A DNA stretch of 64,000 nt from Podarcis cretensis. Taxonomy: Eukaryota. The position numbers and the translations under genes were made by a program. The number at the start of each line of letters is the position of its first letter. Position 1 is the stretch's first letter. The DNA lies in assembly GCA_951804945.1 (NCBI GenBank), contig OX638151.1, forward strand, positions 40,362,001 through 40,426,000. The letters are read 5' to 3'. The notes beneath the pieces are model-generated. The model searched no databases. It was given only the letters and a program-made list of their open reading frames with translations, and was not told the DNA's origin. Below are positions 60,615-64,000 of this stretch, piece by piece.

Positions 60615-63600
60615 CACTGCATATATACAAGAACTGCATATATACAAGAACCCAAAAAGCCTGTTCGCTCAGAAGAGTGGGTGGCATTATGATCCCCAAA
60701 CTAGAGCCGTATTTGGGAATATGACCAGGGTGAGTTGCAGACCCATGAGCTCGTCCTATTTATTCTAAGACATAACCCAGGAAAGGCAGTTCAGTCCTAA
60801 AGAAAATTACTAAAATTCACCGCTAGTCTGCACAAATGGAAAGTTGTGTGATAAAACTGCTCATAGATTGAACCACTTCAATCTGCAGGTGAGGGATTAT
60901 CAATAGACAGATATTGATCTATGATCTGTCTGTCTAAGTCCCTGCAGATAAAAATAAGGGAGAAGGGCTCTAGCCTAAATTTTCTCCTGACATATTCATT
61001 TTTGACATGTACAGGTGAAAAATTTCCTCCACATGAGAGCATTCAGGCAAATGATTTCACACCTGCAGTCTGAAGCGGTACCGTCCAGAAACACTTGTAC
61101 TGTGTGATACGGGTTGCCCCAGCCACTTTGGGCAGCTTCCAACAAAAATAAAAGCATAATAAAACACCAAATATTTAAAAAGGCAACAGGGTTTAGTGAG
61201 CAGGAGGAGGCTGTGGCAGAGGGCAGTCCAGATTCAGAGGCAGGAGAGGAAGGGGGCCAGGAGACAGAGAGGAGGTAGGTTGCTGAAGAATCCAGGGAGT
61301 CTTCCCCTCCTTGTGTGACCCTCCACACTGGTCTCCCAGAACATGCAGAGAAATGAAGATGGAGGAACAAGAGACAAGAGGACAGAGCCTTTGGCTGCTG
61401 TGGAAGGAACCAAGGGAGGCACCTTAGAGAGCGGTCCTCACAACTGCTTCATTGGGGCAAGACTTACTGGGAAAGGTTGCTGTGACCACTAGGGCTGAGC
61501 TGATTTGCTGCTTTGAATAAAGAGTTAACTTCACTGACATCAGGTGCTTTATTGCCTGACTTCAGCTCCTGGTGGCTGGACAGAGTCACAGCAACAGCTT
61601 CTCGGCAGCGGAGGCGCTACCGCTTATCAGGAATGGCGAGGGGCAAGGTGGCATTTAGGCTGGGATTTTGTGGGTGTATCAGTGGGAACACCAAGATTAA
61701 CTTTGCCTGCGCATCTACACAGTCCTGAACTTGGTGTCGCCTCATCCCTCTGCCACCGAAAGCCTGTTGCTGTGAGCCCTGCTGCTCTGGTTACCAGTTG
61801 CTGTTCTCATTACTTGCTTAGGGGCTTCCCATAGACAGCTGCTCAGCAGCTCTGAGAACAGAAAGCTGGACTAGATGGGCCTCTGGTTTTATCTAGCAGG
61901 GTTCTTATGTTTTCAAAAAGGTTGTGGAAGGGGCGATGTCCCTACCAGTAATACAACACAATACCAATCAGTCATGAGAAATTGAATAGCGGCTCATGAG
62001 CCCCTCCCTTCAAAAGCCGTTATTGTCACTCTTTTTCTTCCTTTTCTTCTGACCTCATTCCTCCATGCTAATCTTTTTCTGAACTTAGCACAATATCTTG
62101 CTTTGTATCCCAGAATGCAAAAGATTATTTATTGCTTCCTTGCTTCATTGTTCGGGTGGGAAGTACCCAGCATTATGGGTGGAAACCCTTGATAAAAAAT
62201 ACAGATATTCCCCCTGTTTTGTTTTGCTGTGTTATTTGATGGAGATAATCATCAAATCAACAGCTTATAATTGTTTCTTCTTCTTCAACACTCCTTTGAT
62301 AAGTATAGTTCTGTTTTTACTTTTCTCTCTGCCTTAATGATTCACCAGGCGTGTTTAGTGAATTAGTTGTTCCTTAGAGCTACGGATATTGCCTAACAAA
62401 AGTAAGTAAATTCTCCTAGGTTGGAAATAGACCTGCACCTTCAATAGATAATCTGGGCATCAAGGAGGTTTCGCCCGTCTGTCCTGAGTTATTATTTCCT
62501 TTGCCAGTGATCATGGATTTGAGCTGTAGCCAGTTTTCTTTCATTCAGATCTTTATTTCAGTCATCTTCGTTGCTGGCTGTTATTCTAAAAAGGATGGGA
62601 AAATTATATGTTTATTCATGCTCAATCTTGCCCTCCTGCTGGGAAGAAGAGGACACAAACTGATCTTTCCTCCTTTTTTATGATTCCCTTCCCTTCTCAC
62701 TGGTGGCAGGGAGTGATAAAGTCATAAATCAGGTACCTTTATCTATGAACAATTCAAATTTTCCCATTGTGTTAAGGTGAGTAGTTTGCATAGATAGTTG
62801 CTTCCAGAAGAGTGGGTGAAGAAAAGCAAACATAGAACACCATGCCCTTTATTTCAGGAAAATACCCTGTTGAAGAAATCAGCCCCAGAACAGTGGGTCT
62901 CACATTATGGAAGTGGATGCAGAATTCTTGTTCAGTAGCTCACTGCCAGTGACACAGTGCTAAAGGCAAAACTGCACCCCATGATCCATGATCAGAGAAG
63001 ACATCTGGATTCAAGGACCCAGCTGGCAGATGCATTTGAAACAAAGGATGGAGACCAACATACATTTGAACTGTGGTAGAAGTGGCTTGAATATACACTC
63101 TCTGCCCCGAAAGCAAATACATTGGGATGCAGTAGGTGGGTGTCCAAACCACTTCTAGCATCCTTTTAACGTGTGTATATGTGCCTGTCATCATCCCAAA
63201 AGAAAATTCATTTATGGGTTCTCAGTTCTTACTTTAACTATGTAATTGGTTATCTATGCATACAAAAATACAGTATAAAACGCACACGAGCTGCATCAAA
63301 TGTGAAGTGCTCATTTATGTTTTGTTGAGAGCATAAGAGCCCAGCTGGATCATCAGTCAGGCAAGAGCCTTCTCCTACTGCTGTTCCTAAGATGGTCCTT
63401 GTCCCTCTCAAATGCAACTGAGCAGCATCTGATCCTTTCCCAATTGTTGTGCGTATTTTAAAGTGACAATTGCTGAAAACAGCGCTTGCGTCCATTTCAT
63501 TTCTCAAATACAGTGCATGTATTTTATACTTGAATGTGTGTTGCTGAATATATATATATTAAAAAATGAAGTGAGAACTGGGCCCCTGTGAATCAGATAA

Positions 63601-64000
63601 TTCAGAAGACTTCTTTACTAATAGGCATCAGGTGTAGCTGTAAAGAACTACATTCCATGCTTGTGCCAAAACATCCATTATTTATTCTTAGCAAGCTAAG
63701 CTAGAAGGTGCTCAGTCTTTGGTAGCCCCAGTGAAAGTGGGCATGTTTCTCAGGTAGTAATGTGATCCACTAGCTTTTCACACACACAAAAAACACTGAA
63801 GGTAGGTCACTTCTGTCTGATAAATTCCTATCCTATATGCATTGCTTCAAATTAAGAAAGAAAGAAAGAAAACGAAACCTTGGCAAAGTAAATTCTTAAC
63901 TCGACAGAAGAAATCAAGTTATCCCCTGCACATTGCTGAACTGAAATGACTAAGCCAAGAGCCTTCCAGGTGCCAGCTTAAGTTATATTTCATCATGTTC

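Noticed and set aside
62501-62683. Signal-peptide-like ORF MDLSCSQFSFIQIFISVIFVAGCYSK
   Set aside because: T-rich composition explains the hydrophobicity, and no good donor follows.
1-64000. Most of the short six-frame ORFs as genes
   Set aside because: They are 60-200 aa, many with non-ATG starts and no recognisable domain. This is expected by chance in vertebrate non-coding DNA, or they are read through SINEs and LINEs.
1-64000. CRISPR array, operon or prokaryotic defence system
   Set aside because: The sequence is squamate nuclear DNA. There are no regularly spaced repeat-spacer arrays and no dense gene content.

Overview
This is vertebrate genomic DNA, about 40% GC, with one 143-nt assembly gap at 3288-3430. 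The repeat content (Sauria SINEs, Squam3-type tRNA SINEs, Bov-B/RTE, L2, CR1, L1, Tigger-like and hAT MITEs, a solo LTR) identifies a squamate reptile, most plausibly a lacertid lizard (inference). No host protein-coding gene could be named. The window reads as a long intron or intergenic region with a few repeat-free blocks holding low-confidence exon and promoter candidates. All recognisable protein-coding ORFs are transposon-derived. The most notable object is a 2.1-kb, TSD-flanked, 5'-complete L1-derived element (47664-49769, minus strand). It keeps the 5'UTR and a shortened ORF1-like coiled-coil frame but joins directly to the last ~40 codons of ORF2, i.e. a HAL1-like or spliced non-autonomous L1. 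Other observations include a Sauria-SINE-head/Bov-B-tail chimera, an L1 3' end with a C12 tract in place of poly(A), an OC1-like hAT MITE and several multi-level nested insertions. Family names are from recalled consensus features, not database searches.
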